DNA of 64,000 nucleotides from Lepidodermella squamata (lineage: Eukaryota; Animalia; Gastrotricha): contig JBLDXI010000016.1 of assembly GCA_047495785.1 (NCBI GenBank), positions 62,001 through 126,000 on the forward strand. The letters run 5' to 3'. Position 1 is the stretch's first letter. Each line of letters opens with the position of its first letter. The notes beneath the pieces were generated by a model. That model saw only the letters and a list, made by a program, of their open reading frames with translations. It was not told where the DNA came from and did no database searches. Positions 45,615 to 60,600 of this stretch are shown one piece after another. The position numbers and the translations under genes were made by a program.

Positions 45615-48600
45615 GATACTGCCCAGCTGGGTGGGTGGAGGTGAACAAAGCCTGCTTCACCGTCAACGAAACACCACTGACCTGGGCCAATGCGAACACA
45701 GCTTGCGCAAAATTAGCCCCGGGCGCTCAATTGGCGATCCACTACAACATCGCCCCGCCTCTCCTCAATCCCGACATCCCCGTCAAATGGATGGGCTGGC
45801 GATGGAACGGAACCAATTGGTTGAGCTACGACAACTTCCTCCTGCCATACTACAACATAGGTACATACTTGTCATAAAATTGTAGTCGCAAAGTTTCGAA
45901 TTCTGTTTATCTAGCTGCTTTGGTTGGCTCAGCGGGAATGTGTGCTGTTTACGATACTTCACTGCCAGGCTATTCGACCGCTCCGTGTTCTTCAACGCTG
46001 CCAAGCTACTGCCGTTTCATTCTTCACGTTTCAGACGCGACTGGTACCGTTCACAAGGGAAACGTGCTGAATTTGCCTCTGACTCGAATGTACGGTTTCC
46101 GCGATCTGTCGTACCTTGAACCGGGCTTTCTACCCCTGAGTCCCAATTCGCTTGCCACTTTCGACGTCAGCGATATGCTGTTCAATTCGGCGAACACTAA
46201 TACTTACGGAATCTGTGCTTGGCTCAAGGGTACTAGAATACGCATCCTTAACGTCGATGGCCGCTACGACTCAAAATTTACATTTACGAATCGGGTCAGC
46301 TACACCTTCGGGTTATGGATGGCGGGAAGCGTAAGTTGCTATAAAAACTTCAACATTTTGCAGTTTTTTGCACGAGCCCCGTTAATACTTGCTGTATTTG
46401 TTCCAATAGTAGCCCATTCAATTATAATTGCCAGTCGCTAATGAGTAGCCCAGGGTTGAGCGGTCAAGTCGGTTCGAAAACATCAAAACCGAACGATTGA
46501 CTAAAAATTATTTTTCACAATTTCGAGGTTTAAATATTAGGAGCCCGGGCTGCTATAGGAACAAATAGGGCATTTCCTTTAAAGATTCCTGACTTCCTGT
46601 GAAACTTCATTGATTAATCGACATTTTAGCTTGGATAAATTTAGTTTCAGCATTGTCTCTCGTCTGTCAAGAAGAGGAAAATTATAAAAATGTGAATGTC
46701 TGTTTCAATAAAGCGACGTATCAGGTCTAAAAGGGTATAAGAAAATAAGTAAGAAATTATAATTAAACAAAAACTATTTTGTTCATAAGCGATAGGTCAG
46801 AAAAATCAAATGTTTGCCCCTCCGGCGCCTATTAGATTACCCCCTCAGGGAGATCTTGGGTCATCTTAGTGATATCTCTGAATCTCTAACTGTAACACGT
46901 GGAAGCTTCTAATGTTGATTTTCAAATTCTCCGCACTTGATTTCAGATTCGTTGATCTTTCAGAGAAATTGTCTTCAACGAGTGAATCTCAAAAGCTCTT
47001 CCTCAGTCAACTTGAGTTAGGGTGGGTTAGAGTGTCATCTTGACCTACAACCGAATTTCATTGAATGACTTAGGGCGGTCAAGATCTCTCTAAAAGATCA
47101 GTTCATTACAAATCAAGTCATTTATAAACAAGACTAATCCTAGAAGAACTTATTTCTATAGGGAAGCGCTCCGGTTTTCAACCATTACATCGACAAACTG
47201 GACAATGGGAGCGTGGCAGTAGACACGAACGGCGTCGGATTATCGTTCATCACAGAAAACAAAACATTTAATATAAACCTGCGATACTCGAATGAAACAT
47301 CACCGAGATCTGCCCTGTCAGTTCCTAACTGTTTCACTGGAGGACAAACGACGCGTTACGCCATTTACATCGATTCTACTTCGGTTGTTATGCGAAGCAG
47401 CGTGCATGGCCTTTGCTTGAACCAAAGTATTGCCGTGGATGTTGCCAAGCTAGCCCTGCGGAAGGGTATCCTTATCGGCCAGAGTGGCTTTGTCTGTAAT
47501 TTCATTATCAGCAAATCAGCGTCAGCGGTGTCTCACTTCGAGTGGGAGGCCGAACAACTGTGGAAGACATTTGCAGCTGAGCAAGCTTCCGCTGCAGCGG
47601 ACATTGGTTATGACCTTAGCACTACGGTCGCGTTTTGGCCACTCACCGAATACAGTCGGGGTAATGCCGACTTTCCATTATCTCCATTATCTAGTGGCCC
47701 GAGTACGGCGTTCGAAATTTTTTTATTTTTGCGTAAACGTAAGGGATACAAGTTTTGGGCACAAAGGCTCCCCCTCCCCTGAGAGTTGGACCGCGATCCG
47801 GACCATTTCGCGAAGTACGGGGAAGGGGGCAATGGGGGTATCGTAACCCTGGCTCTTATGGGCAAGGTGGAAAACCCTAAAAAAGGACAAAAAAGGAAAA
47901 GAGGCGGTGGGTAGAGGTGGAGGGGGTTGTAGGGTGGACCTTTGTTCATAAAGTTCTACCTCAAAAATCCCCCTAAATCGAGGATCCTACTTAACGCACT
48001 GATTCGGACCAATGACATGAGAGGAAGTTCGCTTTCGAGATAAGATTTTGGTCCAAAACTCCTAAAGTCCGTTGATGCTAACATTCCTCTCCATTTTCTA
48101 TTCCAGCTACGGCATATTACTGGGAATCAATGGAAGACCCTCTACCGCCGCCGACCCAGGCTCTTAATTTCGAGTACAATACTTTCATCGGGCAACGTGT
48201 TCTTTCGTCGAAACCAGGTGCCCAGATTGGCGTGACCATATCTGGCGCCGCTGAAAGCGCAATACTTGCCCGCGGCACGACGCCGTATCGCTACTCTTTC
48301 TTTATCACGCGAGATACTTCGGGTCCTCTGATCGAGTTTTACCAAAAAAACAACGGCTACGCATCATTCACGATTTGGCGAATTGCTTCTAATAACTCGT
48401 TTGTAATAACTGTGTTGTCACCTTATGTTGACGTTGACTATCGCATTCTCGAGTTTGACGCGTGCAAACTGCCGAACGTTTCTTCTTATTCTGGAACACG
48501 TGTAGCTTATCGAGTTATGCTGTATTACGCGTACTCACCGAGCCAATACCAGTGCTTCGTTGATGGTGTCCTTATGCAAACCATGAACTTCTCTACACTG

Positions 48601-51600
48601 AACCCAACATCATTATATGGCATGAGAATCGGCCAATCTGTTCTCAGCTCGCCCTATGGCTCATTTGTTTCCAGTCAAACAAACTTGAAGTCATTTTTTC
48701 AAGGCCAGCTGTTTTGCGTTCATCTCACAGACGTCTCTGTAAATCCGCATGCGAATTTTTGCAAGAATGTGACATCGAAAACGCCTTTGTATGGAGGTCC
48801 GAACAATATCCTATACAAGCCTGGAGTGCTGCGAGCATTTTGGCCACTTGGGAGAGATTTACGTAAGGTTTTTGACCCGTTTGCCCCGTTTGACCTAAGT
48901 TTGACCCTTTGAAATTCGAAATATATTCAATTGAAAAAATTCTTTCACAAAACAGCCATTTCGAATCGATTATAATCCAGTGATCTCCCAATTGCTGAAT
49001 TTCATGAATTTTTAAAAAATTCCTCTGACCTAAGCATTATTCATTCTTTTTTCAAAGAGGCAACCGATGTATCGGGTAATCGAATGGATGGCGTTGACAT
49101 AATGATGGCGTCACGAACCGGCCCGACGAATCTACCGTATTCTGCTTCTCGATTTTACGCTGGTACGATAGGCAATCACATTGATTTTCTTCGGCCTGAT
49201 TATTCCTATACTCTCGGCTCGAACGGCTCTGTGACCTATTCGTTCTGGATGTATGCCTACTCGACTTATGACAGATTGATACTTGCTAATCGTGCAATTT
49301 TCGCCCACGTTTTGCCTTACAATCCGACTGTAAATGAAATGCCGGTTCTTAAAACTAGTTATGACATTTGTTTCACCCATCCAAGGCTGAAACGACTGGA
49401 TTTCGGATGACTGCTATCGACAAATTTGAGTTCCGCCTTTTCACAGGAACGACCCTTGTCCAAACGCTGCAAGTCACCGCAGTGACGCAATTTCAATTCA
49501 TCAACAGATGGCTGTGGGTCGTAATTCAGTACGACATGTGGAAAAGTCAGGTCAAACTCGTTGTCGATGGGGTAACTGATGTCGAAACAGTCGAACCGCG
49601 AAGTTTGACCACAACAGGCTGGCTTCAGATGGGCTTTCAAAATGGCCTGGTAATTCGATAATTTGTTTGGAAAATTAAAGCTTGTTTCTTTTTATGTACG
49701 AATCAGTCGTTTGACGGTGCATTGAGCTGCTTTTCAATCTACAGCTACGCCGTACCTGAGTGGGAACTCGCAAACGTTCAGAAAATGTGCAATGATACCT
49801 TGGATTATTTTTACGGAAAATGTAATCCTTTGGTGGTTGAATCATCTGAATTCAACCATTTTCTTACAGATAGCACTTTGTTTTCCTTTCCAAGCCGGCT
49901 TGTTGGCATTTGGCCTCTTAACAGAAAGTTCTTGGCAATGGACGTTGGTGGACACAAGATTCATTTTTCAGTACAATTTTGGAGAATTTTAATATATTCT
50001 AATAATTTTATCCTTTTATTCAGATGACTTACGGTTCGAATGTAAACCAACTCGCAAGGTGGGTCACTGGACCGAATGGAAAGCGCGAAACTGCCGTTTC
50101 TGTCGGTGGAAATATTTCGGGAAATGCTCTTGAAATGAGTTATTTGAGTGTATGCAGCCTCTCTTATTCGATTTCTGTTGCAATATTTTTTTTCATCAAG
50201 AATATGAACAGCAATTGCAACCCGGCGTTTACTTACGAGTTCATTTACAAGTTCGGAATGGTGAACGGTGACCATGGATTGACCGTTTCCTTCTACTTCC
50301 GATTTGTGTAAGTCCTAATACCTAAGCTATATTCCAATCAATTTCGAAATCTGTACCATAGAAACACGAATGAGGATTTCACGTACATGCGAAACACTGG
50401 CAATATTTACGTCCGAACTCGGAATAACGTCCTTTCCTTTTCATTCGGAACGCCCGAAGGCGCACTGGGTCCCCACGCAACGGCGTCATGTGTCATGCCG
50501 TGAGTTGAGCCAATATCTAGGTATTTAAAAGCTTAGAGTTCTATTTACGTTTTTCAGAGTTGATAAATATGCCTCCCCATCTTGGATCTTTTTCACGGCA
50601 AACATCTACAACGCAAATGTCTCTGGTAACGCTTATATTGCCGCGAGCGTGTTCTTAAACGGCCAACCTCTCTGTAACAACACTGCGTCTTCTAGAGCCA
50701 CAGCTAACCTCTACGTCAACTCACCGTATCTTTACGACAACATTTATCTTGGAAATTACGCTACTCCAAGCGGTAATACGACTATGGCCTGTGAGTTTTG
50801 AAACTTGGCTATTCGTCAATACCAATATTTTCCTTTAGGTTTTTCGATTTTCGCCGAAATTCTGACAGATTTCTCGGCTCTGAAGGCTGATTGTGATAGA
50901 ATCATTTCTGGGCAAGTGGACCATTTGCTTGCCCCTGTTGTTAAACCAGCCGTGTTATTGCCTCTCTCTGCCCACACCCAGGGCGAAAATACAGCCCCCG
51001 ATGGCATTCCGTTGAATGGCCGGTTTTCGGGTGTTACCTTCACGAAAGGTCCTACCGGGCTACCGTACGGGGCAATGAAGTTCTCAGGCGACATCTACCA
51101 GTATTTTCTGGTGAATACATCGCTTGATGGCGGCATGGACTTTCAATCCCAATCTCGAAGCGCGGCTTTTCTTTACCAGATCAATCATGACCCTTCCTAC
51201 AGCAACTACGAGTTAGCATTTGCTTATACGATAAAAACTGGGCTCACGAGCGCCTTTGCGCCGCAGCTTAATGGCACATTGTATTTTCCGACGAAAGATG
51301 GGATAACAAAGGCCCCTAATACCGTGGTTCACGGTAATAATCTTGTTAACGCAAAGACTGGTGTCTGGCACACGCATAGCTTCAGTTACGAAATCGGCGG
51401 TGATATGAGTTTGGTGACGTGGGACGGCAGAGTGTTCAATGTTATTGGAGAGAGGAAAACTTGCAACTCAGCGACACTCAAAGCATCCGATGGTCACTTT
51501 TTACTGGGAAGCTCCCCAGCGGCCCCAGGTAACTACTTCGCGTTGGAAATTCTTTTCATTTACCTTTACCATTTATGAAGTTGGATTCTCGGATGACAAC

Positions 51601-54600
51601 TTTGGACTTGTTGGTTCAATGTCGTGTTTCCAGTACTACGGCCGAGGATTAGGACCGTATGAAATCTCTCAAGCCTCGAAATGGTGCAATCATCCGGATT
51701 ACATCGGCTGTTACTCGAACATAACTCAAATTCCGATGAAACGAATGATTGTCGATAGGTCTGGTATGACAGCCACCAAATGCAGACAGTTTTGCGGTAA
51801 GATTTTGTGCTATCTTGAAATTGACTCGAATCGTTTTAATAACAGGAAAGGGCGGCAATAAATACGCCGGCATTGAGGGTGGGAATATCTGCAAGTGCTT
51901 CGACGCTATTTCATTCGCGAGGTTCAAACTGGTCCAAAACAGCCTTTGCAGCATGCCTGTGTCAGGAAATGCAGTAGAACTCGGAGGTGGGGCGGAATCT
52001 AGTGGTTACACTGCGCTTTACACATCTAGCTATACCCGAAATGTCTCCCGAGATCTTGCGATTGCTGCGACTAGGAATATTTGTATGATGATTTAATTTG
52101 AGAGGCCTTGTTTCCATTTAGAGAAACTATTTCAGACTGCCCGCCGGGTTACTACAGCATACCTCCTAATCATTACCATTGCTATGCTCTGCTTCAACCT
52201 GATACCTTTTTAGAATACAGCGTTTCAGAGGCAGCTTGTGAGGCTTCATATGGTCCTGCAGCACTAATTTACCCGGAAAGTGAGGAGGAAAACACGCTTC
52301 TCGACTCGATCAATACTTGGCGAATGTGGATCGGCTGCTCCGGTATCACGATGAATGCTGATGTTGGGGTCTGTCAGCGAGAGGATGGGAAACGGCTGCC
52401 GGCATATTACAAGTAATTTCACCTTCAAAATAGATAATCTTTAATTTTAGCTGTCTTTCTCCTTCAGTTATCGAAGTAATTTAGTTGGAACAGCGGCCAA
52501 CCCCCTTGAGGCTTATACGAACGATGTAATGGTAAACTGGGCGGTTGTAGCGACGTACACCGCAAAAACGGTATGCAAAGCCCCACCACCTCAAACTTCT
52601 CGTAAGTTTTCCCGCAATCCGTAATCCGAAAAATGAGGTAGGAGAGAAAACTGAAACAGCCGAATAGCTCTTCCCTCCGCCAATCTTTTATTTCTTTCTT
52701 GGTGCCCCTTTCTGAAGTGGCCAATTTTCTGATTTGTCGATTTTGACTAGTCTGCCCTCGGTTTACAACGCGAGCTTTTGGCAACTGCTATTTATTTGTT
52801 TACGAGCCGAAATCTTTCGACGACGCGGACGCTTATTGCGCTCGCTATGCTGCCGGTGGGCGCCTGACACCAGCAACAGTTCCGGCTAAATTCTACCTTA
52901 ACACACTCATACCGTTCAGCGCTAGTTCGTTCTGGATGGGTTTACGCTACACTAATCCGAGCACGGTGTCGCGCACTGACGGCACTGTCTGGGTGGCAGA
53001 CTCCACGTTTTTTGCCATTGACCAGCCTACAAGTGGCATCGACATGCGAGCGCCTTGTGTATATGCCGATGTTCGATCCAACTTTCAATTTCGAACAGCG
53101 CCATGTGAAGAACTGAAAACTTTCATGTGCGCTTTCCCACCAGTCCTCTCGCAATATGCTCTCAATGCTTCAGTCTATGGCGTTCCTCCATATGCGATTA
53201 GGACGTCTGCTACTGGGGTTTCGAACGCTCATCAAGGCGTGATTGGATCTTCGAGCTCGATTTGTACCACATCAACATCTGACTACGTCCAGGTCGACTA
53301 CTCCTGGTCGGTCAGAATCCTATCTGTCACTATAGAGTGCATCCCCCAAGCCACGTTATGCCCTAATAGCTATCAGCTGAAGTACAGTACTGATGGAAAG
53401 GTTTGGACAACTTACCTCTGGCAAACTGCAACTTACTACTACGGTGTGAGTGGCACAAAACAGAGTATCACAGCTCCGTCAGCAAATTACTCAACATTGC
53501 TACCCCTCCTCGACAATACAAACAAAGTGATGACCCACATTTTCTCAACATTTTTGCAAGCCCGATACATTCGATTGGCATCGCTGAGTACCACTGTTAA
53601 TAACTGTTTTCGCTTCAACTTTGCTGCGACGATAAGGGAAACAAGCACAGTGGCGGATTACGGCGTAGCTCGTCATTTCGGCCCTGTTGCACTCATCGTT
53701 CGGGTCAATGCCGGCCGATTTGCCGATATTCGGCTCATGGTCCATCAATTTGGGTTTTCGCCCGTGCCTAGAATGACACTACCACCATCGCCCATTTCCT
53801 TATTCGACGACCCTGTTTACGTTCCGAGGATCGTTGGTACCCAGAAAATTACCATCATCGCAACGGACGCTGAGGGTTTCGAAGCTGTCACATCAGCGAT
53901 GTTACCCCTTGAGACGAGGACTAGAGATTTGTTCATCACCACCTGCCCTTCGACGGCAGATGCTGGAACTACGATCAAATGCTTCGTTAGGGCGGTTGGC
54001 GGGTCGAATTTTACGATGACTACAACGTATGGAACTCTACTTCAAGGCCAACGCCAATATACCTCTCAAGTGTTGGGTTAGTTCCTGAATACCTATTTCT
54101 TTCTATTAAATTTAAGAACTTTGGAAAAAATTAACAAATGTATACAGAGTTTATTAATTTTAACGAATTTTCAATCCAAAATTTAAGAGTTTTCAAAAAA
54201 TTCCAGGAAATGTTGGAAACCTCAGAGTTTGCTGTGCTATGTGCTATTGACTTTTGTTATTGCAGCTACTCGGCGGGAGTATGGAGTTATTGAGATGGCC
54301 GAAACACTGAAGATGCCATTTCCGTCTTGGGGCGCTGTAATTGCCCTCAACGTGAATTTTCCCTTCGACAAACACGCAACAGTTTATGCGATCGAAGCTA
54401 GGTTTGTGTTAGGTATCCCCGTTAAAACTATAAAACCACCTGTTTTTAGCTTGGACTATCTCGGAAATGTCACGTTCTTCTTTATGGTACCTGATTGCCC
54501 AGTTGGAACTACGTTCTGCATGCAGAGCTTCAGTTGCCTCAACAACACTTTGATTTGCAAGAACCAGCGACCGTCCCGGTTTTCCTTCAAATGCCAATCT

Positions 54601-57600
54601 GGCTACAAACCATGTGAAGATGGGAAGTCGTGCTGTTCCTACACCCTAAACCCTCCAACAGTCCCTCCCTACAAGAACTACTACAACCTTACGAACGCTC
54701 CAAACAGCTATAAAGTTGTTGCGAAGCATGATGTGATATTTCAATCAACGGGCCGGCAAATTTACTACATACCAGCTGATGCGATTCAAGAGTACCCGCC
54801 TGGAACAATCCTAGCCGCTGCCGTTCCAGTTGCTAACGCTTATGGAATGGCAAGGTTGAAGTTTTATAACATCACCGATATCCCAGTTTATACAGTCGCT
54901 GGTGCGACTGCAACAGTAAACACTTCATACCCGGCTACAGGAACGACTAGGAGAATCGGTCTACCTATGATTCGAGCGATAACTGTCGACTCTACTACCT
55001 TTGGCCTTCATATATCATGGCAAGGGAATTGCGGTCCTGTACCTTTCACGGCTTCTACTGTCGATTCAAATTGGCCTGATAACGTTTTGATTGCTACGAC
55101 AAACATCACAATCAATTCAGACTGTTCTAGGCCTGATCTGGTTTCTCAGGGTTTCATTTACGCCCAAACTGTTGCAAAGTTCAATTTGACTCGCGTTTTC
55201 AACTGCTATTGCCGTTACGAGATCAAATGGAGCGATTCAGCGGCTGGTTACGTTCCTCTGACTTGGTCGGACCTGGACAATTTTGTTGAAATGCAGCGAG
55301 TGTTCCCTGATGCTGGGAAATACATCCTCTACCTTAGAGTTTACAATTTTCTCAACGAGTCCTTTTTCAACGTGAGAATATTTTATCGTCAAGGGCTATC
55401 TACGTCTACTCATTTTTATACTAGATCACGATAAGTGTTCTAAATTCGATATCTGAAATCGATGTCAGAACACCAAACTTCCCTGCTTCATCCGTAGATA
55501 TTCCAGTTGCCGTTGAGGTTGTCGCATATACTGGAAGTTCTTTCGACGATGGTATGTTCTTTATTGTACATGAGGGGCCATTTGTTCAATGGTTTTTAAA
55601 AGGAATGGTGAGAAATTGGTCGATTTTTTATGGGGATAATTCTGTTTACGACCGATTTGACATGCCGCGTGATATTGCTGAAAATGGGACATGCAAACCT
55701 GGCTGGACCTTGATCAGGTCGACTGGGCTTTGCTTGATGTTCGTTAACGTTTCACTAGCCTATGGAGATGCAGAGAACTATTGCGCCTCTATGGGCGCAA
55801 CTTTGCCTTACCTTCCAGCGTCATTCGGCTTGGGGATATCTGATGTTAAAGCTTTAATGACAGCGCTCGGAGACACTGCTACTGTAATGTGGGACGGTGC
55901 TAGTAAGATGCGCAGCAAACCGGGGTTCACGATTACTGCTTCGAACGATGTTGCTAGGATCACCAACGCATATTTCTCATCAGCGCAGCTTTGCTACTCT
56001 TGGACGCCCTATACTGCCACTATGTATGGGACTCAAGACTGCTCTGATAAATTCCGATTCTTCTGCCAACAGCCTATTCAAAGTAAGTTTGTCTTGCAAT
56101 CGAAATAATTTGATCCATTTCAATCAAATTGTCCCAGATTTCAAGCTATGTGGTCCAGACGGCGAGCTGTGGTCAATTTACGGTGGTAGTTGTTACAGGG
56201 CTTTTACGGACAAAGCTGAAACGTGGTCAAACTCGGCTGACCGCTGCAGAGATATGGGAGGGCAATTGATGAGTCTCAGAGGCCCTGCAAGCGACGTCAA
56301 AGCTTTCGGAGATTACATTAAACAATTTGTAAATTCCAGTTTTCAATACAGCGTAAACTGCGCTCGCGGTTTCAATTATTCAAGAATTTGTTCCGATTTT
56401 TTCGGCAATGTCTATCGTTATGATGGAACCCTGAGTCCATTAACCCGGTTCACTTTTAATCTGAACACCAGCCAGTTGACTCCAACATCGGCATCAGCGT
56501 ATGCGATCTGCGAGCGGCCCTTCATGTCCCAAGCAAAACCCCGGCTCTACTTCAATCGATTGGCTAATCGGCGACTTATTCCATCAACGGATCCCGTCAT
56601 CAACTGCCCACAGGGTATGGCACAGGCCGGTTCGACTTGCTTCGGCCTGGTGAAAGACCCGGAAACCTTGGAAAATGCTGCTTCGAAGTGCAAAGGTCTA
56701 TTCGATGGATATTTGGCCCGATTAAGTAATTCGAGTGATAACTCCTTTGCAACACAACTCATTTCTGCCGGGGGTATTGCCGAAGCTTGGATTGGGTTAA
56801 CCACTGGAGGGGTGTCAAATTCTTGGCTATGGTTAGATGGAACTGGACTACTCGCAGAACAGCCCTATCTTAATTGGGCTGGCCAGTCGAATCCCCTAAC
56901 TTCGCCAAAGGTTAGTGGAACTTCAATTTTAGCTTCAACTGGTAAATGGAGCGTTCAAGATTCTGCGGTGGCTAAACCTTACGTTTGCATGAGGAAGCCG
57001 TTACAGCAACGAGTTTTCTCAGGAAGTTGCGACAGTTACGCCAACAATCTGAGCCATCGAAACGGGCTGTGTTTGATGAGTCCAATGTTAAACAGCCCAG
57101 CAGCTGCTTCTGCGGCTAATAAGTCATGCTTGAACCTAATCGGCGGAAAATTGTTAGAGCCAATCACTGGGGATCAATGGCAACAAGCTGTTCGCTTTAT
57201 CTTCGAAACTGTTCAATGGAACGGGCCTACCGAACCTATTTGGACGGGACTGATTTACAACCAAATGGGAATAGTCAGCCCCATTGCTGATCAGGCTGTT
57301 TATGTGAAATGGCCGCTTGGTTACCAGCCCAATTTAGCTCTAGGCGGCTGTGTGGCTTTGTATCCTGAAGGTTACGCGAAACTTGCGCCTTGTAGCAACA
57401 GCTATCGTTACGCCTGCCAGGTGGCAGCTGTGAAATGCCCAATGGGTTGGCAAAGTTGGGGAGGAATGTGCTACAAGAGCTCAGAGGACGATACAACGCT
57501 GCAATCTTACACCGTGCCAGATGTTACAGGCAGTACCTGTCGGCTTTTGTTGGACTCTTATCCAACTTCGTTGGCTAGTGCCGCTGAAATCATTGGAATT

Positions 57601-60600
57601 CGCTCGATTCCTTACGCAGGCTTGCCGTCCCGAATAGCAACAGGTCAAACACTACCGAGTAATAATAATCTTATAAAATCGGATAGTGGAAGGCCGATAT
57701 ATTCGCCTAATAAGCCGGTGAATGTAACAAGATACCGCCTCTACATCAACGAAACTAACCAAGTGGCTTATATCATTGATACGGACACTCCGCTTCCAAT
57801 GCAAGTGGTATGCCAACGCCCTACAACGATCAACCCAGATGACTGTGCTCTAGCTTGCCTGACCTCGAGAGTCGAACCCTGCAGCACATTTGAGTATAGG
57901 GGCGAAAGCTGTCTGCTATTCAGCGAAGCTATAACGACCAATACTTATGGTATTCGCAACTCTAACGGCTACTCAGACCTATATTCATTGGATGAAGGAG
58001 CTAATCGATGCTCTGATTCTGTGTTAGCCTCGATCCAAGGAATTCAGTACTCAGGGCGGGACAATGAGTCAAACCCTAGCAACGCACGTTACAGATCGGG
58101 AGGTAAAGGATTCGTCCCAGTTTCCTCTTCAGATTACCTCGAGGTAGAACTTCACTGTCAATTTTCATTAATATCCCTGATTTTTTATTTGAATTTAGAT
58201 TCTGTTCCCTCATCTGGTATCGCTGTATAGCTTTACAATTGCGACGGTTACATCCAGTTTCGTGACTTCAATTCGATTCGAATGTGGTTATAGCTTGAAC
58301 GACCCCTACGCACCTTGTTTCCTAACTGAAGACAATAACTATCAAGTATTTCAAGTTCAACCGAAAGCGGACCCAACGATCATCGACTTCCCGAAATTCA
58401 TCACAATCCGCCGCATTCGAGTCGTCCCAGTTGCCTTCGCCGGCTGGCCGAATTACCAAATCGAGTTCTCAGGCTGCCAAACGATTCTAGGGGTAACAAG
58501 AAGGATTCACAAATACTCTAAAGTTGGGACATATCAGGCCGAGTTGACCGCATCTTCAGGTCAGAGTTCTACAAGTTTTCTTGTGGCGGACGCTGTTGGT
58601 TTGCTAGACGTCAAATTGCCAGCTGCTTTACGGGTTGGCTCGGGTTACCAAATTCCTTTCAACTTCAGTTTGACGTCATTTGCTAGCGCCAATGCTTCGT
58701 TCTCTGGTCAAGCGATTTCAACAACTGTTTTCGCTAATAAGTCCGGGATTATCACTGTACCGAAAGAGCTAGTTGGCGCTTATGGGCTTGATGGAAATGT
58801 TACCTTGAACGTATCATTGGATAACCCCATATCAGACCCAGTGACTTTCGACTTTATGACATGCGTCGAATTCCCAATAACTTGGCTGAATGTCACGTCA
58901 AATCAAACTGCTGAATACGGAGCGTATCGCGCTGAGCCTGTCCGCTTCTATCTCAGCGGGTCGAATTGTTCGAGATGTAGCCTGAACATAACTTTCCAAA
59001 CTCCATCTGGTTACACTAGTCGCGTGATTTATTTCCCCCTATTTTCCGACGCGAAAGTCTTCTCCGATGTCCTTTTCGCTTGGGATTCGGTTGGGCTATA
59101 CTCGGTAAATTTTGTGATGAAGAATTTGGTCAGCTCTGCCTCGACTTCGATAACAGTAGCTGTGGAAAGCCCGGCGAGAAATTTCTATTTTGAAACCACC
59201 CTAATCAATGCCTTGCCGAAGTTCGGAGCTATTCCTCTTTCATGCGCTGTAGGCTATAGAGGAGATGCTATCGACTACCCGAAATGGCCGAGGCAGCCGG
59301 ATTACTCAATCACAATGTGGGACGGGACTGTTATAGCAGGCAGATTCAGCGTTAACAACATCCCGAACTCAGGGTTTCTGAACTTCAACATCTTTACCTT
59401 TCAACACATTTGGGGTGAAATCGGAAACTACCCCGTCGTAGTCACGTTTTCAAACGCGAATTCTAACTTCACAAAGATTTACTACGTCGAGTTTCAGCAG
59501 ACCATTGCAGAGGTCCAACTCGCGCCGGTAACTCCTGAATTGGTTGGAACTGGTGGTTCGGCAAACATCTCAATCCAAGTAGTTTGGGGTGCGCCCTATC
59601 AATACATGATTAAATACGATGGCTATGAATCGCCCTGGTCTGAAATGCTGAATGATACAGAAGTCATAGCTTCAATTCCATTCCCCGACCCTGGAGACTA
59701 TAGACCATCAGTTACCCTGAGGAACTTGGTCAGCACGTATGGACCGATTCCTTTAAATGTGATGTATAAGGTCGCTATACCAATCAGCGACCAACTGTTT
59801 GTGGTGAAGGCTGATCCCAAGTTCGGCCAACTTGGACGAAACGCAAACGGAGTAATGTCGTCCTCCTTAATCAATATTGGCGTATGGCGTAATAAGACTG
59901 AACCTTTTGCTGATGGCATGCGGGCCGTTGTCTATTACGGGGATGGTGAGATGTTGGACTTTGGCATGTTCTACTGCGATCCTGCCTATGAAGGAAATGT
60001 TAATGGCGAGCTGATGCAATGCTCAAATTTCCGTCATACTTACAAGTCATCAGGGAATTTTGAGCCGAAAGTAGTGGTGAAAAACGCTGTTTCAACTGCT
60101 GAATACTCTACAATCGTCCCAATTTACTTCGAAATTCCTAACGATCTTGCCATTTCGATTTATTACCGCCTTGATAGCTCTTCGCCTTGGATGAGAGGGC
60201 TCGGACAGGATCGGAACTACGTAATTGCTGGGAGTGAAGTTCTCTTCTCGTCAAACGCACCGATCGGTGCTCTGTTTCAAGTTTGTTGGGTTTTCGGCGA
60301 TGGTTACTCATCGGCTTGCCCGTCTGAGTTCACCCCAACGTCATTTGAGGCCAGTCATACCTTCAAAAACGAAACAGCATGTGGAGCTTACAAGGAATTG
60401 TGTAGCTTAACGGCTGTAATGAACCTCAGTAGTCCATTTCAGTGGACCGAAGCTAAATTGGACTTTTACATCCAGAAATCGTCGAAAAACGTCAAGATAC
60501 AAGTTCCGTACACTGATGCGATCAAACATGAGACATTCCTCAAGATCACTTTCGACGAACTCGGAACTGATGGTAGGTGGCCTTAATTAGGTTAAATCAA

